This document shows positions 53,943-64,000 of a stretch of DNA of 64,000 nucleotides, in pieces (position 1 is the first letter of the stretch; every line of letters begins with the position of its first letter). Under the pieces are notes generated by a model, which saw nothing but the letters and a program-made list of their open reading frames with translations, was not told where the DNA came from and made no database searches. Origin of the DNA: Dehalococcoidia bacterium. Its GTDB lineage: Bacteria > Chloroflexota > Dehalococcoidia > Lucifugimonadales > SHYT01. The translations under genes were made by a program, and so were the position numbers. Location of the stretch: assembly GCA_009692665.1 (NCBI GenBank), contig SHYT01000006.1, forward strand, positions 14,224 through 78,223, written 5' to 3'.

Positions 53943-54453
53943 GTGCGCATGTTGCATTTGGGAACCAGCGTCATAGAAATCATCGCCCGCACCCTGGTTA
54001 TCTATGTGGTCGTCGTCATTGGGCTACGGCTCATAGGGAAGCGCGAGTTGGGGCAGATGACGCCATTCAACCTGGTGCTCATCCTGCTCATCGCAAACTC
54101 AGTGCAGAACGCCATGGTAGGCCCAGACACCTCGCTCGTCGGCGGACTGATAGCCGTCTCGGTCTTGCTCACGGCAAACACCGTCATGTCGCGGTTTGAA
54201 AACTGTATTCCCTGGATTACACCGGGCCGTGGAAGGCACGCCCACGTTGCTCATTGACGACGGCAAGTTCATCATGGACAACCTGCGGCGTGAACGGATT
54301 CTGGAAGACGACATCATGATGGCCATACGGGAGCACGGGCTTCTAGAAGTCGCGGCAGTGAAGATGGCAGTGCTGGGAACGGACGGGACCATCAGTATCG
54401 TCCCCGGCGACGCCAAACTGATCCGTACGCGAAAGCTCCCGCGTTTCGTATGA
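53943..54453 (+). pseudogene. DUF421 (YetF-like) membrane protein gene with a +1 frame break at a TTT run (54195-54197)
   Basis: ORF 53943-54257 encodes the TM half (GKRELGQMTPFNLVLILLIANSVQNA). The conserved soluble half (GTPTLLIDDGKFIMDNLRRERI..DDIMMAIREHG...V..AVL.TDGTISIV) continues in the +1 frame (ORF 54196-54453). Confidence 0.75.
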
Positions 54454-54474
54454 GACCAGAAGTAAGCGACCCGG

Positions 54475-55761
54475 TTATTCGTCCAGCGTCCTAAGCACGA
54501 TGCCCGTCGGCAGCTTGGGGTAAAAGAACGTGGCTTTGGGGGGCAGCCGCTGGCCCTTGGACACCAGCCGCCGGAACAGGCCCAGCGGAATGGCGCGCAC
54601 CAGAAACGCCATCTGCGCCTCGCCCTTCTCTAACAGCGAGGCCACCTCGTCTAGCCCGTGCGGAAAGCTCAAGTGGCTGGGCGCCGCCTCGCCGAGGGCG
54701 GGGTCAATGACGGCGCGGTGCAACACCCACGGCTCGCACTCGCGGAACTCGGGGATGGGCGGGGTGGGCATCTGCGCGTCAGGCTTCAGCCGAAGCAGCG
54801 TCGCCTTGCGTCCGCCGTCCTCGAGTACACCTACTGCACATATGCTTTCGCCTTGCACTTCCAGTGCGTCCGTCAGGGAGCGGGCTGCCTGGCTTGCGTC
54901 CTGCCACCGCGTGCTGGAGCGCACGTCAAACGCCGCCTCCCACTTTGTTCGCAGCGCGGCCATCTGCGCCGGGCTGAGGTCACGAAGGACGCGGTGGAAC
55001 GATTGCACGTGCAGCCCCGGGTCCTTCATATCTATGAGGCTCATCATGATCTGCTTGGCGCCCTGGTCGTTCTTGCCTGCGCCCCGAGAGAAAGCCAGCG
55101 CCGTCTCGTAGCGGTGGTGGCCATCTGCAATAAATAATTGCTGGCGGTCAAACGCCACCCGCAAGTGCGCGTGGACCGCCGTGTCGGTGATGGCCCACAG
55201 CTTGTAGCGCACGCCGCCGGTGCTGAAGGTGCCGGTCGCAGGCTTCACAGTCTTCATCTGGTGGTCAAGCGCCTGGCGGATATCACCGGGGTCTTCGTAG
55301 AGCACCATGACGGGACTGATGTTGGCGTGTACAGCTTCCATCAGCCTCATGCGGTCGGCCTTGGGGCCGGACGTGGTCTCCTCGTGTGGGAGGATGACGC
55401 CGCGCTCAAACGGCTCCAGCGTCACCGCGGCGAACAGCGCCAGACGTCGGAGCCTTTGGCCCTCGGCCTCAAAGCTCTCTTCTATTAAATAGAAAGCGGG
55501 CTTATCCTCTCGCGCCAGCACACCCTGCTCACGCCAGGTGCGGAGCAATGCCGCCGCGCGGGTGTAGACGTTGTCACCGTCATTGTCCGTGGGCCTTGGC
55601 TTGCCGAACTCCAGTTGCACGACGTTGTGCGGGCTCATCCGGTGCAGGTCGTCCTGTTGTGCGGGGCTTATAACGTCGTACGGAGGAGCGATGACCTGGG
55701 AGAGATTGGGGGCCGCCTGCTGGCTATACCGCCAGCCTCGGAACGGGCTTACCACTGCCAT
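54475..55761 (-). CDS. DUF1015 domain-containing protein
   Basis: 428 aa. N-terminal VSPFRGWRY......L..VIAPPYDVIS and the internal FIADGHHRYETA motif are typical of DUF1015. Confidence 0.85.
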   Translation of the reverse strand: MAVVSPFRGWRYSQQAAPNLSQVIAPPYDVISPAQQDDLHRMSPHNVVQLEFGKPRPTDNDGDNVYTRAAALLRTWREQGVLAREDKPAFYLIEESFEAEGQRLRRLALFAAVTLEPFERGVILPHEETTSGPKADRMRLMEAVHANISPVMVLYEDPGDIRQALDHQMKTVKPATGTFSTGGVRYKLWAITDTAVHAHLRVAFDRQQLFIADGHHRYETALAFSRGAGKNDQGAKQIMMSLIDMKDPGLHVQSFHRVLRDLSPAQMAALRTKWEAAFDVRSSTRWQDASQAARSLTDALEVQGESICAVGVLEDGGRKATLLRLKPDAQMPTPPIPEFRECEPWVLHRAVIDPALGEAAPSHLSFPHGLDEVASLLEKGEAQMAFLVRAIPLGLFRRLVSKGQRLPPKATFFYPKLPTGIVLRTLDE

Positions 55762-55829
55762 TTTGACTCCTTGTGGGGTACTCTAGAAGGGGCCCAGTAC
55801 CTAGCAACGAGCGCCAGCGAACAGTATAG

Positions 55830-57929
<2,100 letters not shown>

Positions 57930-57933
57930 ACCT

Positions 57934-58539
57934 GTGGCTGTGAAGCTCATCGTGGGGCTCAACAATCCGGGCAAGGACTACGAAGGCACCCGCCACAACG
58001 CCGGCGCCATGTGCGTGGAGCTTTTGGTACGGCGTCTTGGGCTGAAGCTGGAGCCCAAGACCGCCGCACGCGTGGCGCAAGGCGCCTTGCGGGGCCGGCA
58101 AATCATTCTGGCTACGCCGCGCACGTTCATGAACGCCAGCGGCGAGGCTGTGGGGCCGCTGACGAAGCAGTACGGCGTCAAACCAGCCGAACTTGTCGTG
58201 GCCTACGACGAGATGGACTTGCCGCTGGGCACAATCCGCCTGCGGCCGGACGGCAGCGCGGCAGGCCACAACGGCATCAAGTCCATCATCGCCGCGCTAG
58301 GCACCGACCAGTTCATGCGGATACGCATCGGTGTAGGGCACCCTCGCGGCGGCGACCGCATTCGTCATGTGCTAGGTAAGTTTTCGCCTGAGGAAGAGCC
58401 TGTTTTTCGAGATGCGCTGGAGCGAGCGGCGGACGCCATTGAGTGCCTGATTACCGAGGGCGTGGACGTTGCCATGAACCGCTTTAACAGGCGGCCCCCT
58501 GAAGAGCCGCAAGCTCCGCTGCCTCCTAAGCCCGAGTAG
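57934..58539 (+). CDS. pth: peptidyl-tRNA hydrolase
   Basis: KLIVGLNNPGKDYEGTRHNAG, TFMNASG, and GHNGIKSI motifs. Confidence 0.9.
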   Translation: MAVKLIVGLNNPGKDYEGTRHNAGAMCVELLVRRLGLKLEPKTAARVAQGALRGRQIILATPRTFMNASGEAVGPLTKQYGVKPAELVVAYDEMDLPLGTIRLRPDGSAAGHNGIKSIIAALGTDQFMRIRIGVGHPRGGDRIRHVLGKFSPEEEPVFRDALERAADAIECLITEGVDVAMNRFNRRPPEEPQAPLPPKPE

Positions 58540-58787
58540 GTTATGTTAACTGCTTCGAGATATGCTAACCTTTCAGAAAGCCAAACGTTGTGGCTCTTAG
58601 CGCCACGTTCGTTAGACTTGTCTGACGGGCGAGCTTTGTCGTGTTCCGGCATGGCAGATTTGGACGAAGACACCCCAGTGGCGGAAGCGGTGGAAGCTTC
58701 GGGTGTATTCATAATTCCTTCACATTGTCCTGCTAGTGTTTTATTCGATTAGGTATCCAAAATAGAAAACTCCCTTGGGAGGGATCA

Positions 58788-60719
58788 ATGGTCAGCCGTC
58801 ACTATAAGCTCCTTACGTTAATTGGTGTCGTTATTTTCGTCGTTGTAGGCGCCGGGGTGTTTTTCGTGAAGCAAAAGCAGACCGCATCCGCCGCAACGGC
58901 AGCGCCGCAGACCACTGCTGTCCGAAAGGGCGTCTTGGTCGTGACCGTTGCCACCACGGGGGCCGTGCAGTATCCAACCCAGGCCAAGCTCCAGTTCCCA
59001 ACCTCCGGCACCGTGCTCAGCGTGCCCGCTCAGGTTGGCCTGTCTGTGACGAAAGACCAAGTCCTTGCCAAGATGGACGACAAAACGTTGCAACTTGCCG
59101 TGCTGAAAGCCCAAAGCGACCTTGGCAACGCCCAAACCTCTTTAAAGGACTACCTAGACGGCTTCTCCGACGTCCAGATTCTCAAGACAAAAGCCTCAGT
59201 TACCAGTGCCCAGGCCGGACTCCTAAAAGCCCCGAAAGACCTGGCCAATTACAAGTCCACCGGAGCCGCTACCGCTCAAGCAGCCGTCGCCAAAGCCCAG
59301 ACTGATTCTCAGACAGCCAAGGTGGCACTGGATCTTGCAAAGAGTGGCGCCCCCGGCAACGCCGTCCGCGATGCGCAGGACGCGCTGACAAAGGCCAAGG
59401 CCGACCTCCAGAATACACAGACGAATAACGAGCTCAGCTTGGCGCAGGCCCAACGCGCCCTCAAAATCGCGGAGGACGCCTACAAGGACCTCATCTACCG
59501 GCTATACCGCTTGAACTTTAACACGCCGCAACTGCTGCACGCTGACCTGACTGTGTACGTGACCCCCTTTCTGCTGCAGACCCAAGATACCGTCATCATC
59601 CCGCTAAACGTGCTGGACGCCTGGAATGCGGCGAGTGACACGCTCAAGAGACTTGACGTGACCACCACGCAAAACACAACAAGTCTGACCACCGCCCAAA
59701 AAACGGTGGCGCTCACCCAGCAAACACTGGATACCGCCTTCGCTGCCGACCCGAACAACCTGCAGTCAAGGCAGATTGCTTATGACCAGGCGCAGACTAC
59801 ACTGTTCATCGAGAATGAGAACGTGCGGAAAGCAGATGCTGGCTTGGACCCCATCCAGATGGCGAACCTGACCGCTGGAGTGGACAACGCGGTGGCCACA
59901 GTAGCGATTGCGCAAGACAACCTGGCCAAGCTGCAGGCCGGACCGGATCCAAACAAGAAGAACAGCCTGGACACCTCCATCGCCAACGCGCAGCAGCAGC
60001 TCCAGGTCGCCAAGGACAACCTGGCGGCAGCCACCATGAAGGCGCCATTCGACGGCATTGTGAGCACCGTGAACGTGAGCGTTGGCGACACAAACTCAGT
60101 TATCACGACGAGCGGCGGCGGAACCGGCGCGGGCATCGTCATGATTGACCCGAAGAGCGCGCAGGTAAACGCGACCGTAGACGAGATTGACGTGACCAGC
60201 CTGAAAGTGGGTATGCCGGTGGCCTTGAAGGCGGACTCGCTGCCTGGGAAGACCATCCAGGGCAAGCTTGCTTCCATTGCGCCGGTAGCTACTGTGACGC
60301 AGGGTGTGGCATCGTACTCCATCGCGATTGAGTTCCTGAATCCGGCGGACTCCGCGCTCGTCAGGGGCGGGATGTCTATGAACGCGCAGATTGTGACCGT
60401 CAACAAGCAGGGCGTTTTGCTGGTGCCGGTTACGGCGCTGCAGACGTCCGGCCGTGGCCGCACAGTCCAGGTGATGGAGAACGGTGTGGCAACGCCGAAG
60501 ACCGTCACCGTGGGCTCCACCAACGCCCAGGTTGCGGAGATCACTGACGGCGTAAAGGAAGGCGACCTGGTCATCATCCCAACGCGCACGACGACGACCG
60601 CAGGAGCCAATACCACGCGCATCCCCGGCGTCGGCGGATTTGGCGGGCCTGGCGGCGGCGGCGGATTTGGCGGGCCTGGCGGCGGCGGCGTGTTCATCGG
60701 CGGCGGGCCGGGGCGGTAA
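58788..60719 (+). CDS. HlyD/MacA-like periplasmic adaptor (membrane fusion) protein with extended coiled coil and a Gly-rich tail
   Basis: 643 aa. N-terminal TM, a very long Ala/Gln-rich coiled-coil region, a lipoyl/beta-barrel region (MKAPFDGIVSTVNVSVGD), and the C-terminal GGFGGPGGGGGFGGPGGGGVFIGGGPGR. Confidence 0.8.
   Translation: MVSRHYKLLTLIGVVIFVVVGAGVFFVKQKQTASAATAAPQTTAVRKGVLVVTVATTGAVQYPTQAKLQFPTSGTVLSVPAQVGLSVTKDQVLAKMDDKTLQLAVLKAQSDLGNAQTSLKDYLDGFSDVQILKTKASVTSAQAGLLKAPKDLANYKSTGAATAQAAVAKAQTDSQTAKVALDLAKSGAPGNAVRDAQDALTKAKADLQNTQTNNELSLAQAQRALKIAEDAYKDLIYRLYRLNFNTPQLLHADLTVYVTPFLLQTQDTVIIPLNVLDAWNAASDTLKRLDVTTTQNTTSLTTAQKTVALTQQTLDTAFAADPNNLQSRQIAYDQAQTTLFIENENVRKADAGLDPIQMANLTAGVDNAVATVAIAQDNLAKLQAGPDPNKKNSLDTSIANAQQQLQVAKDNLAAATMKAPFDGIVSTVNVSVGDTNSVITTSGGGTGAGIVMIDPKSAQVNATVDEIDVTSLKVGMPVALKADSLPGKTIQGKLASIAPVATVTQGVASYSIAIEFLNPADSALVRGGMSMNAQIVTVNKQGVLLVPVTALQTSGRGRTVQVMENGVATPKTVTVGSTNAQVAEITDGVKEGDLVIIPTRTTTTAGANTTRIPGVGGFGGPGGGGGFGGPGGGGVFIGGGPGR
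60633..60686 (+). repeat. perfect 27-bp tandem duplication (x2) encoding GGFGGPGGG
   Basis: GGCGGATTTGGCGGGCCTGGCGGCGGC occurs at 60633-60659 and again at 60660-60686. Read directly. It lies inside the 3' end of the adaptor gene. Confidence 0.9.
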
Positions 60720-60723
60720 GGAG

Positions 60724-61470
60724 ATGGCTTTAATGACGACACCCCTTGTCGGCGCGGGCCGAGCCTCCACCGAGCCCGTGGTGCGGCTAGAAGGCCTGAC
60801 CAAGATATACAAGACGGGCGGCGGCGAAGTGCGAGCGCTCAACGGCATCTCCTTTATCATTAACCCCGGCGAAATGGTGGCGCTCATGGGCCCCAGCGGC
60901 TCCGGCAAGTCCACGCTCATGAACATCCTGGGCTGCCTGGACCGCGCCACGGACGGGAAGTATTTCCTGGACGGGGTTGACGTGTCCAAGCTGAGCGACG
61001 GGGAACGGGCCGACATCCGCTGCAAGCGCATTGGGTTTGTGTTCCAGAGCTTCAACCTGATTCCGAGGCTGTCCGCGCTGGACAACGTGGCGCTGCCCAT
61101 CATGTACTCGGACGCGAAGACCAAGTCGCACGAGCGGGCGATGGCGGCGCTGGACAAGGTTGGGCTGGCAAAGCGCGCGCATCACCGGCCCAGCCAGATG
61201 TCCGGCGGCGAGCAGCAGCGCGCGGCAATTGCCCGCTCGCTGGTGAATCACCCTTCGTTTATTTTGGCGGACGAGCCGACGGGCAACCTGGACTCGCGCA
61301 CCAGCAGCGAAATCATGACGGTGTTCCGGGAGCTGCAAGACCAAGGCATCACGGTGGTCGTCGTGACGCATGAGGCTGACATCGCTGAGTGGTGCGGGCG
61401 GACGATATTCATTCGCGATGGCGAGCTCCTTCGGGACGAGCGCCATACGCCGCGGGCGGTGAACGCATGA
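60724..61470 (+). CDS. ABC transporter ATP-binding protein (MacB/LolD-like)
   Basis: ATG 60724 (AAGGAG upstream). Walker A GPSGSGKST, Q-loop, signature MSGGEQQR, and Walker B FILADEPTGNLD. Confidence 0.9.
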   Translation: MALMTTPLVGAGRASTEPVVRLEGLTKIYKTGGGEVRALNGISFIINPGEMVALMGPSGSGKSTLMNILGCLDRATDGKYFLDGVDVSKLSDGERADIRCKRIGFVFQSFNLIPRLSALDNVALPIMYSDAKTKSHERAMAALDKVGLAKRAHHRPSQMSGGEQQRAAIARSLVNHPSFILADEPTGNLDSRTSSEIMTVFRELQDQGITVVVVTHEADIAEWCGRTIFIRDGELLRDERHTPRAVNA

Positions 61471-62711
61471 CACCACTAGACGCACTGAAGACCGCGTACC
61501 GCTCCCTCACGGGGTCGGCGCTGCGCTCCACGCTGACGGTGCTGGGCATCGTCATCGGCATCACATCCGTGATTGCGCTCATGTCCGTTGGGCGAGGCGC
61601 TTCCGCGCAGATCACCAGCCAAATCGAGAGCATTGGCACGAACCTGTTGTTTGTGTCCCCCCTGCAAGCCACATCAAGCGGCGCCAGGGGCACGGGCGAG
61701 GTGGTGGCCTTGACACTGGACGACGCCAAGGCGCTCGCAGACCCGACGAGGGCGCCGAGCATTGCTGCCGTGGCGCCGCAGGTGGGCGCGGGTGGGCAGC
61801 TCATTGTCGGCTCCAATAACATGCGTGCGCAGATTACCGGCGTGACGCCGGAGTTCGCTGTCATTCGCAATTACCAGCTTCAGTCCGGGGATTTCATCAC
61901 CGAGCAGCAGAACACAAGCCGCCAACTGGTGATGGTCATCGGCGCGACGGTGGCGACAACACTGTTCCCGAACGGGGATGATCCTGTAGGGCAAAACATC
62001 CGCATCAACAACCGGACTTTCCAGGTGATTGGCGTGCTGCAGGCCAAGGGCGGGAACGCGCTGGGCAACCAGGACAGCGCGGTGTATGTGCCACTCAACA
62101 CGGCGCTGGTGCGCCTCACCAACTCCAGATCCGTGCGCGGCAGCCCCATCGTGAACACGATTACGCTGCAAGCGGCGTCTCGCGATTCACTGGACGCGGT
62201 GAAGGCGGAGGCATCGGTGATACTGCGGGAGCAGCACCGGCTGACGGGCGACGACGACTTCCAAATCACGAGCCAGCAGGACCTCATCAACACCACATCG
62301 CAGATCACAGGGGTGTTCACGATTGTGCTGGGCGCGATTGCGGGCATTTCGCTGCTGGTGGGCGGCATCGGCATCATGAACATCATGCTGGTGTCCGTGG
62401 TGGAGCGCACGCGGGAGATTGGGCTGCGCAAAGCCGTAGGTGCGAAGCAGCGCGACATCCTCATCCAATTCCTGGTGGAGTCCATGCTGCTGAGCCTGAC
62501 GGGCGGCGTGCTGGGCGTGGCCTTGGGGTACCTGGGCGCGCACCTGCTGTCCGGCGTGCAGTTCAACAGCAACCGGCTGAACACGGTGGTGTCCGCGGAC
62601 ATCGTCATTTTGGCGGTGTCGGTATCCATCATTATCGGCCTCTTCTTCGGCATCTTCCCAGCGTCGCGCGCCGCGCGGCTGGATCCTATCGAGTGCTTGC
62701 GGCACGAGTAG
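61467..62711 (+). CDS. ABC transporter permease, MacB-like (FtsX family)
   Basis: ATGA overlap with the ATPase stop. N-terminal TM, a large periplasmic domain, and the C-terminal FtsX module (ERTREIGLRKAVGAKQRDIL.QFL.ES). Confidence 0.9.
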   Translation: MTPLDALKTAYRSLTGSALRSTLTVLGIVIGITSVIALMSVGRGASAQITSQIESIGTNLLFVSPLQATSSGARGTGEVVALTLDDAKALADPTRAPSIAAVAPQVGAGGQLIVGSNNMRAQITGVTPEFAVIRNYQLQSGDFITEQQNTSRQLVMVIGATVATTLFPNGDDPVGQNIRINNRTFQVIGVLQAKGGNALGNQDSAVYVPLNTALVRLTNSRSVRGSPIVNTITLQAASRDSLDAVKAEASVILREQHRLTGDDDFQITSQQDLINTTSQITGVFTIVLGAIAGISLLVGGIGIMNIMLVSVVERTREIGLRKAVGAKQRDILIQFLVESMLLSLTGGVLGVALGYLGAHLLSGVQFNSNRLNTVVSADIVILAVSVSIIIGLFFGIFPASRAARLDPIECLRHE

Positions 62712-62752
62712 CCGCTGGAAGCAGCAGAACGCGGTGTCATCAATAGGTTTTT

Positions 62753-62791
62753 GTAGGGGCGTCCGCCTTCGGCGGATGCCCCTACTTTTCC
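62753..62791 (+). terminator. GTAGGGGC-type hairpin plus T tract: intrinsic terminator of the exporter operon
   Basis: GTAGGGGCGTCCGC, loop CTTCG, then GCGGATGCCCCTAC (14 bp including one G-T pair), followed by TTTTCC. It lies 42 nt after the permease stop. Confidence 0.65.
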
Positions 62792-62888
62792 GCCCTCTTC
62801 TTTTTCTAACGGAACAGGACACCCAACGCTTGCATCACACGCACTGCGGCGATTTACTTTGCTCAGCACGACTTTTGGTACTTTTGGT

Positions 62889-63446
62889 ATGGAGGCGAAG
62901 CACGTGAAAACCGAAGAAATAATCATGCGCAGTAGAACACCACTCATTGACCCCAACACTGTCACCCAGGCCTGGCTTTTGGCGGAACTCGAGCGGCAAG
63001 AAGCAGAGCGCCGGGAGCAAGCAGCGCAGCGTGCTACGCCTCCACCCCTCCCGCCCCAGCCACCGGCCCAACACGGATCACCCAACAGCGGTGCGCAGAA
63101 GCAACCTGCCCCTGCGTCTGTCGCAGACCCGGCATCCTCAGCAGAAGCGCCGCCGCAGCCCAAGCGCGGACGAGGCGCCCCAAAAGGCAATCGCAACGCC
63201 TATAAGATCGGCTATTATTCCAGAGTCTTGTCCCCGGAAAGTCAGAGTGGCCTCGATGACATGCCCAGGAGCAACAACCTTGAAAATGAGATCGCTACCA
63301 TGCGCATTAAATTGAAGCAGTTGCTGGCCGACCCAAACGCCTCCATAAGGGATATGAATGCCGTCGCGCGTACCCTCACTACCTTTGTCGGAATGCGGCA
63401 CAAAATCAACACGGCTCGCGTCTGGATGGAGTATCCTCCCCAGTAG
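62889..63446 (+). CDS. hypothetical protein with a Pro-rich linker and a GAPKGNRNAYK motif
   Basis: Track ORF 62859-63446. ATG 62889 or 62925 are possible starts. The RGRGAPKGNRNAYKIGYYS motif resembles motifs I recall from small proteins in phage/mobile contexts (unverified). Followed by an AT-rich non-coding stretch. Confidence 0.4.
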   Translation: MEAKHVKTEEIIMRSRTPLIDPNTVTQAWLLAELERQEAERREQAAQRATPPPLPPQPPAQHGSPNSGAQKQPAPASVADPASSAEAPPQPKRGRGAPKGNRNAYKIGYYSRVLSPESQSGLDDMPRSNNLENEIATMRIKLKQLLADPNASIRDMNAVARTLTTFVGMRHKINTARVWMEYPPQ

Positions 63447-63898
63447 CTCGTCGGAGCGCCAAATGAAAAAATTAAACAAGTATCAATTCGGGAACAGCAT
63501 AACGGCCACAAAAGCGTCTTAGAAAATGATTTGATTCAAAAAAACAATTCCCGGCAATGGACTCTGAACATAGCGATGAAACACCTTGACTCAGATGAAT
63601 CCGCTATGTACTCTTTGAACAATTTGTAAAACTATGGCTCATCGCTGTTCAAAACAGCGGTTAGGTCTGCGGGTAGGGTATGGATCTGGGCGCGCCGGGA
63701 ATCCCTTTCAGGACAGACCGCTGGGCGCTGTGCATGCCGAAGTTCTGCATTTATCAGGCGGCGTGCCCATTGTGCTGCCTTTCCCATTTTGGTGCTGGGT
63801 TTAGCAATCGGAGGTGGTTTCATTGTTATTGGGGAGCGGCACGGGTAGGATAGGCTTCGGTGATTTTTGCAGACGTTGGGACGTTTTGGGGAGGGCTT

Positions 63899-64000
63899 GT
63901 GACGGGCGCGTGTTTGGACCGGGAGAGTATTTTGCAGCTGATTCTGGCGAAGCCGCCGCTGGTGGAAGGCGGGCGGGACTTGCCGGCGCAGCTGCAGCCG
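63899..64000 (+). CDS. 5' end of an ORF running off the window (possibly dCTP deaminase/dUTPase-like)
   Basis: GTG 63899 with GGGGAGGG upstream. VTGACLDRESILQLILAKPPLVEGGRDLPAQLQP is open to the window end. The family guess rests only on a weak N-terminal resemblance. Confidence 0.25.
   Translation, partial: MTGACLDRESILQLILAKPPLVEGGRDLPAQLQP

Noticed and set aside
58543-58752. 69-aa ORF (or its 33-codon inner ORF MADLDEDTPVAEAVEASGVFIIPSHCPASVLFD) as a secreted-peptide substrate of the downstream HlyD/ABC exporter
   Set aside because: The location and acidic leader-like segment are tempting. But there is no SD, no modification-enzyme or peptidase-domain ABC gene, and the exporter is MacB/FtsX-type rather than a peptide-processing type. 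It cannot be supported from sequence alone.
59780-63196. Several 300-440-aa minus-strand ORFs (59780-60742, 60096-61157, 60787-61485, 61880-63196) across the exporter operon
   Set aside because: All are antisense to the HlyD/ABC/FtsX genes, overlap each other in different frames, and are low-complexity Pro/Arg/Ala-rich. They are GC-driven open frames.
63632-63823. 63-aa minus-strand ORF, and a 58-codon Cys-rich plus-strand ORF (63680-63856), in the AT-rich end region
   Set aside because: Both are short, overlap each other on opposite strands, lack convincing ribosome-binding sites, and have no recognisable motifs.

Overview
GC-rich bacterial chromosomal segment made up mostly of housekeeping genes. 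All calls come from reading the ORF translations and the DNA by eye; no searches or folding programs were run. The gene content and repeat types suggest a Chloroflexota-like organism, but this is inference only: short EF-Ts, archaeal-type ProRS, deazaflavin/F420-family enzymes, PAC2, a DUF5667-type anti-sigma factor and GTAGGGGC...GCCCCTAC hairpins. Recognisable blocks in order are: aspS; rpsB-tsf-pyrH-frr-uppS-cdsA-dxr-rseP-ispG; hup; proS; a zinc-ribbon gene with dtd; a minus-strand run of miaB-nadA-class V aminotransferase-VOC-nadB-nadC-PD40; tRNA-Ser(GCU); DinB-moaE-moaD; two PEBP paralogues, one decayed; a split methylmalonyl-CoA mutase/epimerase operon; ruvB; a roughly 2-kb patch of gene fragments; an ECF sigma/anti-sigma pair; rimI; yceD-rpmF-fabD-nusB-acpP; trpA-aroH; ribF; DAHP synthase; tyrS; serC-like/serA; DUF1015; ligA; pth; and a MacAB-like HlyD/ABC exporter. 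There is no CRISPR array, rRNA gene or intact mobile element. The most interesting observations are these. (1) A 23-codon, apparently leaderless upstream ORF encodes FFYYFWF, followed by mutually exclusive antiterminator and terminator hairpins directly upstream of DAHP synthase; this is a candidate ribosome-mediated aromatic amino-acid attenuator. (2) Two tandem paralogous ~105-aa WYL-like stand-alone proteins sit inside the methylmalonyl-CoA mutase operon. (3) Several conserved genes are broken by single indels or stop codons (uppS, a DUF421 gene, an exported protein, a receiver domain), and a cluster of true gene fragments lies at 36.4-38.6 kb. (4) At least three families of short interspersed hairpin repeats are present.
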